DNA of 64,000 nucleotides from Mobula hypostoma. Its lineage: Eukaryota. Below are positions 48,850 to 62,464 of the stretch, in pieces. Position 1 is the stretch's first letter; each line of letters starts with the position of its first letter. The stretch covers positions 118,172,001-118,236,000 of the forward strand of contig NC_086104.1 of the NCBI RefSeq assembly GCF_963921235.1, in the 5' to 3' direction. The translations under genes were made by a program, and so were the position numbers. The notes beneath the pieces were generated by a model that saw only the letters and a program-made list of their open reading frames with translations, searched no databases and was not told the DNA's origin.

Positions 48850-51345
48850 AAAAAAAGGAGGTGCAGGCGGAGAAGCAATTGTGTGGTTGGTCTGGCGTTC
48901 GTGGAAATTAACTTGGGCAAGCAGAGTCGAAGTTTCTAAGTACGTGTCTTGTACGCTTTTTTCCCTCTATTAGGACAAAGCTAGTGCGCAGAGAATGAGT
49001 TCAGGAATACTGGTCTGCTCTTTGTATTAGATGTGGTAACTCTGAGAGACTTCCAGTCTCCCTGAAAACTACGTCTGTACGAAGCGCATCGAGCTGCAGC
49101 TCTTTAGAGACTGTGATAAGCAACTGAAGCTGCGCTTTGACGGCCGACGGCTCATGCAGAAAACTGAAGTGATAGATACGAGCTACAGGAAGGTAGCAAC
49201 CTCTAAGTTGCAGGAAGCAGGCACCTGGGTGACTGTCGGGAGAGGGAAAAAAATAGGCACCCACTGTAGACAACTATTCTGGCCGTTCGCCTCAATAATA
49301 AATATACTGCTTTGAATACTGTTTGGGAGGTGGGCAATCTACAGAGGGAAGAAACATCGACTGGATCTGTGACTCAGGAGGAAAGAGTGCAAAGAAAAGT
49401 GAAGTAGAGTTAGGGGATTCGATAATTATAGGAACAGAAAATGGATTCTGTGGACATGAAAGAGATGCACAGATGGCAAGGTGCAAAGGTCAGGGTTGTG
49501 TCAGATCGCTTCCACTTTATTCGAAATAGGTTGTGATACCTATTGGTCCCAATGACATAGGTAAGGAAAGAGAAAACGGCAGAATTGGAAGGGGAGTCCA
49601 GCAGGGATGACGACAGGACAGCAATGCTTGGAGTTTCTCTGGGAAATTCGGAAGACGGAGGAAAGATAAACTCCAAAGATGAACAAGTAATTTAAAGGGA
49701 GGAACAAGAAACTGTGGCTGACAAGAGAATTCAAAGGCAGCATCAAAGATAAAGGGAGAGCATATAGTATAGCAAATCATTAGTTGAAAGGTAGACGATT
49801 GGGTAGCTTTTAAAATCAACAGAAGGCAACTAAAAGATGAAATACGAGAGGAAGATAGCTACGATATAAAAGAGGATACAAAAAGGAATTCAGAAATATA
49901 AAGAGTAAAATAGAAATGAGTGTGTGTATTGGACCGCTGGAAAATTATGCTGGGATGGTTGTAATGGGGGATCAAAGAAATGGTGAACGAGCTGAACAAT
50001 TTTTCTGCGCCGGTCTTCACGGTGTAAGACCCAAGCAGAATGCAAGAAATGCGAGTGTCATAGGGCAGAAGTAATTGTCTTTGTTATTACTAAAGAGAAG
50101 ATACCTGGGAAGATGGGATGACAAAAGGTAGGACGAGACCAGAACTGGACCATATGGACTAATCCTAGGATTCCAAAAGAAGTAGCTGAAGATTGTACAG
50201 GCATTAGTAACGATCAATAATCATTTGATTCTGGAATGGTTCCGGAGGACTGGAATTTGGCAAATTTCACTTAAATTTTCAAGAAGGGTGGGAGGCAAAA
50301 GAAATAAAATTATAGGCCAGTTAGTCTGATGTCAGTGGCTCAGAAGATATTGAAGTCCATTGTTAAGGATGTGGTTTCGAGTTATTTGCAGGTACAAGAT
50401 AATGTAGGCAAAAGTCAGCATCCTTACTTCATAAACGAAATAGTTGCCTGTTAGCTTTGTTAGAATTTTTTGATGAAATAATTAACAGGATAGATGGAGG
50501 AGAAATGGTGGCTGTTGTGTAGCTGGAATTTCAGAAGCTCTTTGACAAGGTGTAGCATATGAGTCGGCTTAATAGGGTAGAGCCCTAAGTATTACAGGAA
50601 AGATAATAGCATGGATACAGCATTGAATAAGTGGGAGGAGGCAAACTGTGAGAATAATTGGCTGCCAGTAACTATGGTGAACCGTAGGGGTCGGTGTAGT
50701 GTCCTCTACGTTTTATGTTCTATGTCAATGAATTGGATGACATTATGGATGACTTTGTGGTAAAATTTATGGACGATATGAATATAGGTGTAGGAGCATA
50801 TAGTGCTGAGGAAGTAGAGCGGCTGAAGAAGGACAATCAAGTTGGTTGGGCGGGGCAGAGGCAAAGAAGTGGCAGATGGAATATAGTGTAGGGAAATTAA
50901 TTGACATGCACTTTGGCAGATGGATTAATGGTGTAGACGACGTTATAAATGGGAAGAAAAAATCAAACAAATCACTGGTGCAAAAGGACTTACAGGTCCT
51001 CCTGCAGGATTCCCTGAAGGTTAACTGGAAGTTTGAGATGGTAGTGAGGAAGGCAAATTAAATCATAGCATTCTTTTCGAGAGAAGTAGAATACAAAAGC
51101 AACCATGCAATGTTGAGGCTTTATCAGAGCGTACTTTCAGTATTCCGACCAGTTGTGAGTTTTTTCTCCGACCAAAGATATGCTAGCTTTGGAGAGGATT
51201 CAGAAGAGGCTCACAACGGTGATTCCGGAAATGAAAGGTTATCATACGAAGAACGATTAATAACTCCAGGTCTGTGCTTGCTGAAATTAGGAAGAATGAG
51301 GGGGAATTTCACTGAAACGCTTCGAAAGTTGAAAGGCCTCGACAA
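48850..51345 (+). mobile_element. Old, internally deleted CR1 including an ORF1 remnant
   Basis: ORF1 C..C...C..C.ELQL-like text at about 49010-49110 and degenerate RT motifs at 50130-51345. Confidence 0.8.
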
Positions 51346-51346
51346 A

Positions 51347-52306
51347 GTATAGGTTCAAAACAGAAACACTGCAATGGTCCGGTCTGTGAAGCCGCGTTCC
51401 GGTTCATAGTCTGGTCCGTGGACTCCAGACTCCGGGTCTTCCGGCTGTCCCTTGTATCAGTTGGGCTTAATCATACGCACATGATGCTCGTCTTGGGGCT
51501 GCGAATCGCTACCTTGTATTGGGAACCGTCTCTGCGTCCACGCTTTCCCAAGGTAGATCCGGCCGTTTGCCGCTACATTGTGTTGGGAACTGTCTTTCTG
51601 TGTTCTGTGTACGAGTCCAGGCCCTAAGTCCTGCTCCCTAGGAGGAGTCCTGACTCTGTGTAGAGCTCCGGCCCCAAGTCCTGTTCTTAAGGAAAGGTCC
51701 CGGCTCTGTCTACCGTGTCCCTCTGTTCATGTCTCTCCCAAGACCAAGTCTCTGTGTTCCTGTTCTGCCAAGACCAAGTTTCTGTGATCCTGTTCCGCCT
51801 ACACCAAGTCTCTGTGTTCCTGTTCTGCCAAAACCAAGTCTCTGTGTTCCTGTTCTCCCAAGACCAAGGCGCTGTGTTACCTGTTCTCCCAAGACCAAGG
51901 CGCTGTGTTTCCTGTTTTCCCCAGACCAAAGTTCTGTTTCCTGTTCTCCCAAGACCAAGGCTCTGTGTTTCCTATTCTCCTAATATCAAGTCAAGGCTTC
52001 GGGATCTCATCCTGTCTGTGTGCCTTGCCTAGCCCAGGAACCCAAGCCTCGCCATAGCCTCTCCTAGTTCCGGGGACCGAGCCGTAGACAAGACCCAGCT
52101 CCTTGTCCAATCTCTGGCTCGGAGCCCAAACCCAGGCTCTTAGTTCCTTGTGCTGGTCCCGCTTTCCTATCCAAAGTCCTAGCCCAGGTCTGTGCTCCTG
52201 TACCAGCTCCTAGTCTGCGTCCTGTCACGTCCCTAAGCCTAGTCCAGTCCAGTTCCTAGTACTTTAGTTTCTGTGTGTTGCGTTTTGGTTCGCTCTTTGT
52301 ATGACA
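51347..52306. mobile_element. Solo-LTR-like non-coding element containing a tandem array
   Basis: Non-coding insert between two CR1 pieces, ending ...ATGACA; TC-rich. The 5' TG terminus is not clear. Confidence 0.55.
51721..51980. repeat. Minisatellite, 30-31-bp unit (tctgtgttcctgttctcccaagaccaagtc), about 9 copies
   Basis: Directly visible. It explains the overlapping repetitive ORFs at 51687-52032. Confidence 0.93.
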
Positions 52307-53590
52307 AACATAGAAATCCTACAGCACCATACAGGCCCTTCGACCCACAAAGGTGTGCCGAACATGTCCCTACCTTAGAACTACCTAGGCTTTACCCATA
52401 GCCCTCTGTTTTCCTAAGCTACTTGTAGCCAACCAAGAGTCTCTTCAAAGACCCGATTATTGTGGCCTCCACCACCGCCGCCGGCAGCCCATTCCACGCA
52501 CTCACCACTCTCTGCGTAAAATACTTACCCCTGAGATCTCCTCTGTATCTACTTTCAAGCACCTTAAAACTATGCCCTCTCGTGCTAGCCATTTCAGTCT
52601 GGGGAAAAGCCACTCACTAACCACACGATCAATTATCTTGTACACCTCTATCAGGTCACCTCTCATCCTCCGTCGCACCAAGGACACGTTTGCTCCGCAA
52701 AAGGCCGAGTTCACTTAACCTATTCTCATAAGGCATGATCCCCAATCCAGTCAATATCCTTGGAAATCTCCTCTGCATCCTTTCTATGCTTTCCACGTCC
52801 TTCCAGTGGTGAGGCGACCAGAACTGAGCACAGCACTTCTACTGGGGTCTGACCATGCTCCTATATAGCTGCAACATTTCCTCTCGGCTCTTAAACTCAA
52901 TCCCACGATTGATAAAGGCCAATGTACCGTATGCCTTCTTAACCACAGAATCAAGCTGCGTAGCCATTGATGCTATATTCTGCCCAATTAATGCTATAGT
53001 TGACCTAGCAAAATGAACCACCTTACACTTATCTTGGTTGAACTCCATCTGCTACTTTTCAGCCTAGTTTTGCATATTATCAATGTCCCGTTGTAACCTC
53101 TGACAGCCTTCCACACTATCCACAACAGCCCCATCCTTTGTGTCATCAGCAAATTTACTAACCCATCGCTCCACTTCCTCATCCAGGTCGTTTATAAAAA
53201 TCACAAAGAATACGGGTCACAGAACACGTCCCTGAAGCACACCACTGGTTACTGGCTTCCGTGCAGAATATGACCCTTCCACAACCACTCTTTGCCTTCT
53301 GTGGGTAAGTCAGTCCTGGATCCACAAATCAATGTCCCCTTGGATCCCATGCCTCCTTCCTTTCTCAATAAGCCTCGCATGGTGTGCCTTATCAAATGCC
53401 TTATATACACTACATCTACGGCTCGACCTTCAATGCGTTTTGTCACATCCTCAGAAAATTCAATTAGGCTCCTAAGGCACGACCTGCCTTTGACAAAACC
53501 ATGCTGACTATTCCTAATTATATTATGCCTCTTCAAATGTTCATAGATCCTGCCTCTCAGGATCTTCTCCATCAACTTACCAAAATCTGT
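52307..53590 (-). mobile_element. CR1 RT to 3' end, with deletions
   Basis: GFVKGRSCL..VDVVY and RGDLIEVYKI motifs; 3' tail at about 52310. Confidence 0.88.
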
Positions 53591-53724
53591 AAATCTTCCG
53601 CATCTATCCATCTCCCCGTCTGTACATCATTGTCCAGTCTATCTAACATCCACCAGATAATAAATAACTCAGTCTTTCCAATATGACACGGTCTGTAATA
53701 TATCCCCGTCCACTGTGCAGTCCA

Positions 53725-54870
53725 TAGAACATAAGACCGTAGAGAATTAGGGCATTTGGCCCATCGACCTGCTCCACCATTCGATCATAGCTGATCATTT
53801 TTCCCGCTTTCAGCCCCACTCAGCAGACTTCTTTCCATAACATCTGATGCCTTGTTTCATCTAAAACCCATCAAGCTCCGTCTTAAATACACCCAACGAT
53901 CAGGCCTCCACAGGTGCCTGTAGTAATAAATTCCAGAAGTTTACCACCCTTTGGCTAACTAAATTTCTCCACCTCCTGGTTTTAAATTGACGCCCCTCTA
54001 CCTTGAGGCTGTGCCCTCTTATTCTAGCCTCCCGCACCATGGGAAACATCTTTTCCACATCTACTCTGTCTTGGCCTTTCAACATTCGACAGATTTCAAT
54101 GGAAACCCCCATTATCCTTCTAAATACCAGTGAAAACAAAAACAACGAAGTACAATTTAAAACTGTGTATCATTAGTTGACAACACTACTAATGCCTCCA
54201 CAATCTCCACCGCTAACTTTTTCAGAATCCTGGGGTGCAATCCTCTGAACCGGGTGGCATATGTACCCTTAAATCTATCAGTTTTTTGAGCACCATCTCC
54301 CTTGTAATAGTTACCACGCTCACGTCTCTTCCCTCACACTATTCAACAACTGGCAAACACCTTGTGTCTTCACAGTAAAGACTGATGCAAAATGCTCACT
54401 TAGTTCATCTGTCATCTCCTTGTCCACTGTTATTACTTCTCCGGCCTCATTTTCCAGCTGTCGTGAATCCACGCTCATCCCTCATTTAAGCTTTTACTAT
54501 CCACTTTGATATTGTTTGCCAGCTTGCTTTCATACTTCATCTTTTCCCTCCTAATGATTAATTTACTTACTCTCTGTAGGAATTTGAAAGCTTCCCAATC
54601 ATCTGTCTTCCACTACTTTTTGCTTTGTTGTACGCCCTCTCTTTTGCTTTTACATTACTTTGTCAGCCACTATTGCACTTTTTGCTCTTTGAGTAGTTCT
54701 TTGTTTTTGGAATACATCTATCATCAACCTTCCTCATATTTCCTAGAAAGTCACGCCATTGCTGTTCTGCCGTTATTCCTGCCAGCATCCACTTCCAATT
54801 TACCTTGGCCAACTCCTCTCTCATATCACTGTAATTTCTTTTCGTCTAGTGAAATACTGCTACGTCAGAC
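53725..54870 (-). mobile_element. CR1 fragments (3' end 53725-54120; internal remnant 54180-54870)
   Basis: RGHSLKV..QRVVNFWN motif; internal linker remnants. Confidence 0.75.
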
Positions 54871-56479
54871 TCTACCCAGTATCTGTATATCATCATCCAG
54901 TCTGTACAAGATTACGCAGTGTATACGTCATCGCCAGCCCATACATCGTTTCCAGGTCTATACAATATTGCATCGTTGTCGCAGTTCACAAAGACCATGT
55001 CAGAGTCTCTGGAACACTACCCGCCTACCCGGCCAGTAATTCCGCCTGTGCCCTCCGCACATCCCCAGCTCTCGACACTGTTCTTTTTCTCCTTCTAAGT
55101 CTCTCAGCAGACAGTGGGTGGGGTTGACTGGCTTCTTTTTCCACAGATTCTGCTTATGTTCTTAGATCAATCGGTTTATTATTCACCAGTGCAAGAGATC
55201 CTGACGAATGACAGCACAAAGCAGACCAGGCTATTGTGTTGGAATATGGCAATGTTAAGAAATAAGCAGCTGGAACTTTTAATAAACGTTTGGATTGATC
55301 ATTCCCCAAACGGGATATAATTCAATTCAATTCAATTTAGGTTTAACCATTAATGAATACTCATCCTTGCAGCCAGATGAGACAGCGCTCCTACCGGGTC
55401 AAGGTGAAAAGATATTACTAACAGTCGCATACAGTAAGCACACACAAGATGACAATCACGTAATAAGAGTTCCGGCACCCATCAACTCCTCCCCCCCCCC
55501 CAACCACCCACACCACACCTCCCGACACCGTGACCTGATGCACACAAGTAAGCCCATTTCTCGCCCCCAGGCGCGACTCACGTTTGGCGAATCCATGGCT
55601 TTGAGGCCCTATCTTTGCATATACAAGCACATATTGATAGTAAAAACACAACCAGACAAATACATAGGTATATAGTTCAGAACCCTCGATCCATTTTGAA
55701 TCCTTAGTCGCCAAAATTGCATTACTCCGCCCCTGGCAGAGAGCGACTGCTCGGACGCCTGTCCTCCAGCAGATAAAAAAGCAATCGACCCCGCAGCTCG
55801 ACGACCGAGTCTACTGAATGCCTCCAAAAACCTGCAGTCGGCCACAAGAGAGCTTCTCTTCTGATGAGCAAAACGCTGGGAGGGCAACTCCGACTCCTTT
55901 CTGGACGAACCCCATCACGCGAGTGCCTACGAACAGGCGACAACGTAGCTTCAACCGAGGACTAGGCCCCCTCCATCCGGCCCTGTTCGCAGCCAAAAAT
56001 CAGCGAATCGCCTTGCTGCGTGCCAGATTAACAAAATGCAAAGAGGTCTTACGACCCGAAGAAAGGCGACCATGACAGACACTCGCTAGTTGACTGTAAA
56101 CCTCAATCGACTCGTTCCGCAGCACGTTCTGTATCTCCTTAATTATCCCTGCCAGCGATTAACACGATGATGGTAGAATTGCAGTACTCTGAGTTTTTAA
56201 CTTAGAGCAAGATCTTGCAATCATTAAGCGGACGTTTAAATACGATGGTAGCATTTTTTTGTTGATCCCGTAAACGCCGCTGCAAATACTCGCACGCCAT
56301 ACTTCTGCAATTAGTAACCCTACATACTACGGTAAGTGAGGGAAGATATTGTTGTGGCGTTAATGCTGAACTCTGCATCCTCAGTCGCCACGGGATTAGT
56401 CCCAGAAGACTGAAGGATGTCAATAATTCACCAGTGTGAGAAACTAAAGGAGAGAGCTACTTCGGGACAGGATTTCTGA

Positions 56480-57960
56480 GCATTTCGGGAAGCGTAGGCT
56501 GATTATGGGTAGTCATCATTGCTTTGTGAGTGGAGATCGTGCCCAACGAACCTGATTGTCATTTCCGTGCAAATACTATACAACTTGAAGAAGGTAGGCT
56601 GGTGCATTTGCTGTATAAGGATTGCACTTTCGATACTACTGAGGCGTTTGACAATGCTCCACGTGGAAGCATCCTCCAGGAGGTGATTAGGCAATGCGAT
56701 CCTTGAAAGTGTGGCACCCTGGATTCAGAATTGACTTGTTCACAGAAGGTAGGTCAGTGACTAGTGATGTTCCGCGAAATTTGTAAATAACTTTGATGTG
56801 GAAGTAGAAGAATGGGTTCGAAAATTTGCATATGACAGGTATGTTCGTGAATTTGTGGATAGTGTAGAAGTTGGCCGGAGTTTAAATGGAACATAAGCAG
56901 GGCGCAATCTGAGCTGAGAAGCGGTAGACGGAGCCCTATCCGAAAGAAGTGTGAAATTATATGTTTTTGAAAGTCGATAGTGAAGGCAGGGTTAATTGAA
57001 GGATTCTTAGCAGTGTATATGAACAGTGATATCTCGGGGTGCCCATTCATATATCCCTCAAAGTTACTTTGCAAGCGGATGAGGTGGTAAAGGATGCGTA
57101 CGGTGTTCTCGTGCTCATTATTCGAAAGGACAGAGTTCAAGAGCCATAGGGTAATATTACATCTTGATAAAACTATGGTTTGATCACAATTGGAGGATAG
57201 TGTTCAATTCTGGTATAAAATAGATGTGAAAATTTTAGACAGCGTGCAGAGGTTTACTAGGATGGTGCTTGGATTAAAGGACGAAATTTACGAGGGAAGA
57301 TTGAGTGAACTTTTGATTTGGCCTTCAAAGGAAAACGAGAGGCAACCTACACAACAGGAATTCTGCAGATGCTGTAAATTCAAGCAACACACATCAAAGT
57401 TGCCGGTGAACGCAGCCGGCCAGGCAGCCTCTCTAGGAAGAGGCGCAGTCGACGTTTCAGGCCGAGACCCTTGTTCAGGACTTCCTTCAGTTAGTCCTGA
57501 CGAATGGTCTCGGCCTCAAAAGTCGAATGCACCTCTTCCTAGAGAAGCTGCCTGGCCTGCTGCGTTCACCAACAACTTTGATACGTGTTACGAGAGGCAA
57601 CCTGTTAGATCTCTATAAATTTATAAGAGTCATATAGATAGCGGACAGTCGATGCCTGCTTGCTAAGGTGGAAATGGTTCATACAAGATGACGTTCTTTT
57701 AGAGCGAAGGGAGGGAGGAATTTGAGGAATTTACGTGGTTATTTATTTTAAATGGTAATAGTGGGTGCGTGCAAAGTACTTTTAGTGGTAGTAGTAGAAG
57801 CTCGTATAGTAGGGTCATTTAAGGGACTTTGGTTAGGCACATGTGTGACCGATAAATGGTGGGTTGTGACCTGTGTAGGTGGACAGTTAGATGATCGTAC
57901 AGTGGGTTAAAAGTTTGGCAAAATACCGTGGAACGTCGGGCTCGTGCTTAGTTGTGCTGT
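56480..57960 (+). mobile_element. Old CR1 RT/3' remnant split by a Penelope palindrome (57351-57590)
   Basis: LEDSVQFW..VQRFTRMV before the insert; RGNLLDLYK.. resumes after it. Confidence 0.75.
57351..57590. repeat. Penelope-derived inverted repeat carrying two mutated hammerhead motifs
   Basis: Arms about 57384-57478 and 57493-57590 are reverse-complementary. One core is CUGAACA; the other lacks GAAAC. Confidence 0.85.
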
Positions 57961-58309
57961 TCTACGGTGTATGTTTTTATTTTATTTTCATTCCGTTACT
58001 TCAGATTCTTTTTACACCTTATTTTTCAACGCACATCCCTGCGCAGCTACGGACACTACTGACATTCCTCTCCCCCACCCGGTCCAATCAGCGTTTTATT
58101 CAGGCGTTTTATCCAATCGGTATCTTTTCCTTCTCCTTACCCAGCTGTTCCAACCTGTCCGCGATCCTTCTTTCATCAGGTCCCAATCGACACCTTCTAA
58201 TCGATCAAATTTCTTAACCTGCGGCCTCTTGTTTCCTCCAACAATTGTCACCCAAAATTGGTAGCAAGAAATTAGCTTAAGGAAGGGCTGAGGAGAGCAA
58301 GAAGGGGGC

Positions 58310-61300
58310 ATAGAAACATTAAACATAGAAAATAGGTGCAGGAGTAGGCAATTCGGCCCTTCGAGCCTGCACCGCCATTCAGTATGATCATGGCTGATCA
58401 TCCAACTCAGAACCCTGTACCTGCCTTCTCTCTATACCCCCTGATTCCTTTAGCCACAAGGGCCGTATCTAATTCACTCTTAAATATAGTCAATGAACTG
58501 GCCTCAACTGTTTCCTGTGGCAGAGAATTCCACAGATTCACCACTCTCTGCGTGAAGAAGTTTTTCCTAATCTCGGTCCTAAAAGGCTTCCGCTTTATCC
58601 TCAAACTGTAACCCCTCGTTCTGGACTTCCCCGCCATCTGGTACAATCTTCCTGCATCTAGCCTGTCCAATCCCTTTCGGGTTTTATACGTTTCAATCAG
58701 ACCCCGCTCAATCTTCTAAATTCCAACGAGTATAAGCCTAGCCGATCCACCCTTTCATCATATGAAAGTCCTGCCATCCCAGGAATCAATCTGGTGAAAC
58801 TTCTTTGTACTCCCTCTATGGCAAGAATGTTTTTCCTCAGATGAGGGGACCAAAACTGCACACAATCCTCCACGAGTTTTCTCACCAAGGCCTTGTACAA
58901 CTGCAGTAGTACCTCCCTGCCCCTATACTCGATACCCTTGCTATGAATGCCAGCATACCATTCGCCTTTTTCACCGCCTGCTGTACCTGCATGCTCACTT
59001 TCAATGTTTCGTTGCACCTCCCGTATTCCTTTCCGGCCACCATTCATAAAATAATCTGTTTTCCTGTTTTTGCCACCAGAGTGGATAACCTCACATTTAT
59101 CCACATTATATTGTATCTGCCATGAATTTGCCCACTCAACTAACCAATCAAATCACCCTGCATCATCTTAGCATCCTCCTCACAGCTAACACTGCCGCCC
59201 AGCTTCGTGTCATCCGCAAACTTGGAGATGCTCCATTTAATTCCCTCGTCTAAGTCATTAATATATATTGCAATCAACTGGAGTCCCAGCACAGAGCCTT
59301 GCGGTACCCCAATAGTCACTGCCTGCCATTCTGAAAAGATCCCGTTTATTCCCACTCTTTGCTTCCTGTCTGCCAACCAATTCTCTATCCACATCAATAC
59401 CATACCCCCAATACCGTGTGCTTTAAGTTTGCACACTATTCTCCTGCGTGGGACCTTGTCAAAAGCCTTTTGAAAATCCAAATATACCACATCCAGTGGT
59501 TCTCCCCTGTCCACTGTACCAGTTACATCCTCAAAAAATTCTATGAGATTCGTTAGACATGATTTTCCTTTCACAAATCCATGCTGACTTTGTCCGATGA
59601 TTTCACAGCTTTCCAAAAGTGCTGTTATCACATCTTTGATAGCTGATTCTAGCAATTTCCCCACCACCGATGATAGACTAACCGGTCTATAATTACCCTG
59701 TTTCTCTTTCCCTCTTTAAAAATAAAAAGCGGGGTTACATTAGCCACCCTTCAATCCTCAGCAACTAGTCCAAATCTAAAGAGTTTTGAAAAATTATCAC
59801 TGATGCATCCACTATTTCTTGGGCTACTTCTTTAAGCACTCTGGGATGCAGACCATCTGGCCCTAGGGATTTATCTGCCTTTAATCCCTTCAATTTACCT
59901 AACCGCAATTCCCTACTAACGTGTATTTTCCTCAGTTCCTCCATCTCACTCGACCCTCTGTCCCCTACTATTTCCGAAAATTATTTATGTCCTCCTTAGT
60001 GAAGACAGAACCAAAGTAGTTATTCAACTGGTCTGCCATGTCCTTATTCCCCATAATCAATTCACATGTTTCTATCTGTAAGGCACTTACTTTTGACTTA
60101 ACCTATCTTTCTCTTTTCACATATCTATTAAATCTTTTACAGTCACATTATATGTTCCCTGCCAATTTTCTCTCATACTCTTTTTTTCCCTTTCCTAATT
60201 AAGCCCTTCGTCCTCCTCTGCTGGACTCTGAATTTCTCCCATTCCTCAAGTGAGACGCTTTTTTCTGGATGATTTGTATCTTTTTTCTTTGGAATTGATA
60301 CGATTCCTAATTTCTCTTGTCAGCCAGAACTTTTGTTTCTGAATTAACTATGTCACTCTCCATCTTAATGAAGAATTCCACTATATTATGGTCACTCTTA
60401 CCCAATGGGCCTCTCACGATAAGATTGCTAGTTAACCCTTCCTGATTGCCCAATACCCAATCTAGAATGGCCTGCTCTCTAGTTGGTTCCTCGACAAGTT
60501 GGTTCAAAAAACCATCCCGTATACTTTCCAAGAAATCCTCTTCCTCGTCACCCTTACCAATTTGGTTGACCCAATCTATATGTAGATTGAAAACACCCAT
60601 TATAACTGCTGTTCCTTTATGGCACGCATTTCTAATTTCCTGTTTAATGCTATCCCCAACCTCACTACTACTGCTAGGTGGCCTGTACACAAATCCCACC
60701 TGCGTTTTCTGCCCCTCAGTGTTATGCAGCTCTACCCATATAGATTCCACATCCTCCCGGCTAAGGTCCTTCCTTTCTATTGCGGTAATCTCCTCCCTAA
60801 CAAGCAATGCTACCCCACCTCCTTTTCTTTCATGTCTATCCCTCCTGAATATTTAATATCCCTGAATGTTGAGCTCCCATCCTTGGTCACCCTGGAGCCA
60901 TGTCTCTGTGATCCCAACTATATCATAATCATTAATAAGAAACCGCACTTTTAATTCATCCACCTTATTACAAATGTTCCTTGCATTGACACACAAAGCC
61001 TTCAGGCTTGCTTTTACAGCACTCTTGGCCCTTATACAATTATGTTGAAGAGTGGCCCTTTTTGATTTTGCCCTGGATTTTCCGGCCTACCACTTTTACT
61101 TTTCACCTTACTACTTTTTGCTTCCACCCGCATTTTACACCCCTCTGTCTCTCTGCACTTATTCCCATCCCTCTGTTGTGAACTAACCTCTTGTCTCCTT
61201 GTCTCTTTAATTTGATTCCCACCCCCCAACCATTCTAGTTTAAAGTTACCTCAGGAGCCCTCGCAAATCTCCCCGTCACCATATTGGTCCCCTTCGGATT

Positions 61301-62450
61301 CAAGTGTAACCCGTCCTTTTCCTACAGGTCACAGCAACGCCAAAGTAGGTCCCAATGATCCAAAAATTGAATCCCTGCCCCCTGCTCCAATCCCTCAGCC
61401 ACGCATTTATCTTCCACCTCATTGCATTCTTACTCTCACTGTCGCGTAGCACAGGCATTATTTCCGTGATTACTACCTTTGCAGTCTTTTTTTCCTCAAC
61501 TCCCTTCCGAACTCCTATATTCTCCTTTCAGGGCCCCTTCCCTTTTCCGACCGATGTCATTGGTACCTCTATGTACCACGACCTCTGGCTCCTCACCCTC
61601 CCACTTCAGGATATCTTGGACGCGATCAGAAATATCCATGACCCTGGTACTACGGAAACAAACTATCATCCAGGTCTCTGGACTGTGTTCACAGAATCGC
61701 CTATCTGACTCCCTTACTATCGAGTACCCTATTACTACTGCCCTCCTCTTCCTCTCCCTACCCTTCTGAGCTACAGGGCCCGACTCTGTGGCGGAGGCAG
61801 GACCACTGTCGCTTCCCCCAGGTAAGCTGTCCCCCCCGCAACAGTACTCAAACAGGAGTATCTATTGTCAAGGGGCACAGCCACCGGGGTACTCTCTATT
61901 AGCTGACTCTTCTTCTTCTCCCTCCTAACCGTGACCCACTTGTCTGCCTCCCGTGGCCCCGGTGTGACCACCTGCCTCTAACTCCTCTCTATCAACTCCT
62001 CACTCTCCCTGACCAGACAAAGATCATCGAGCTGCAGCTCTAGTCCCCTAACGCGGTCCCTTAGCAGCTGCATCTCGGCGCACCTGGCGCAGATGTGGAC
62101 GTCCGGGAAGCTTGGAGACTCCACGACCTCCCACATCCGGCACCGAGAACAATAAACTGCCCTCACACTCATACTGCCCCTCTCCTCAAATACCAACAAA
62201 AAATGAATACCATACCTTCCTTGCCTCGCCCGTTTCCGCCTAAGCCAGTTCAGCCGAAGCCCATAAGCCTTAACTCTGCTTCCGGTTCACTCCTCCGCCC
62301 GCAAACTACACTGCCCGCTGTATAAGGCTCTGTTCCTTTTAAATCTTACGCTCTCCGCTGCCCGACGTCACACGCCTGCGCAGTCCCGCCTCTCTGAACG
62401 CCGATGGAAAAAAAAACGAAAAATTCTGAAATGGCTTTCTCTGCACTCCC
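58310..62450 (-). mobile_element. Near full-length CR1 LINE (5' UTR, ORF1, APE, RT, 3' tail), inactivated
   Basis: ORF1 VYCSRCRMWE..HICARC.EMQLLRDRV..LELQLDDL (61978-62199), APE (60307-60807) and RT (59140-59667, 58697-59104), with stops/frameshifts. Confidence 0.95.
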
Positions 62451-62464
62451 GCTCCGAGAAGGCC

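Noticed and set aside
51721-51980. CRISPR-like array
   Set aside because: Head-to-tail repeats without unique spacers, in a eukaryotic context with no cas genes.
51687-52032. Six overlapping repetitive ORFs
   Set aside because: By-product of the 30-bp minisatellite.
55860-55910. CTGATGA as a possible hammerhead core
   Set aside because: No GAAA after the putative stem II and no helix I/III pairing.
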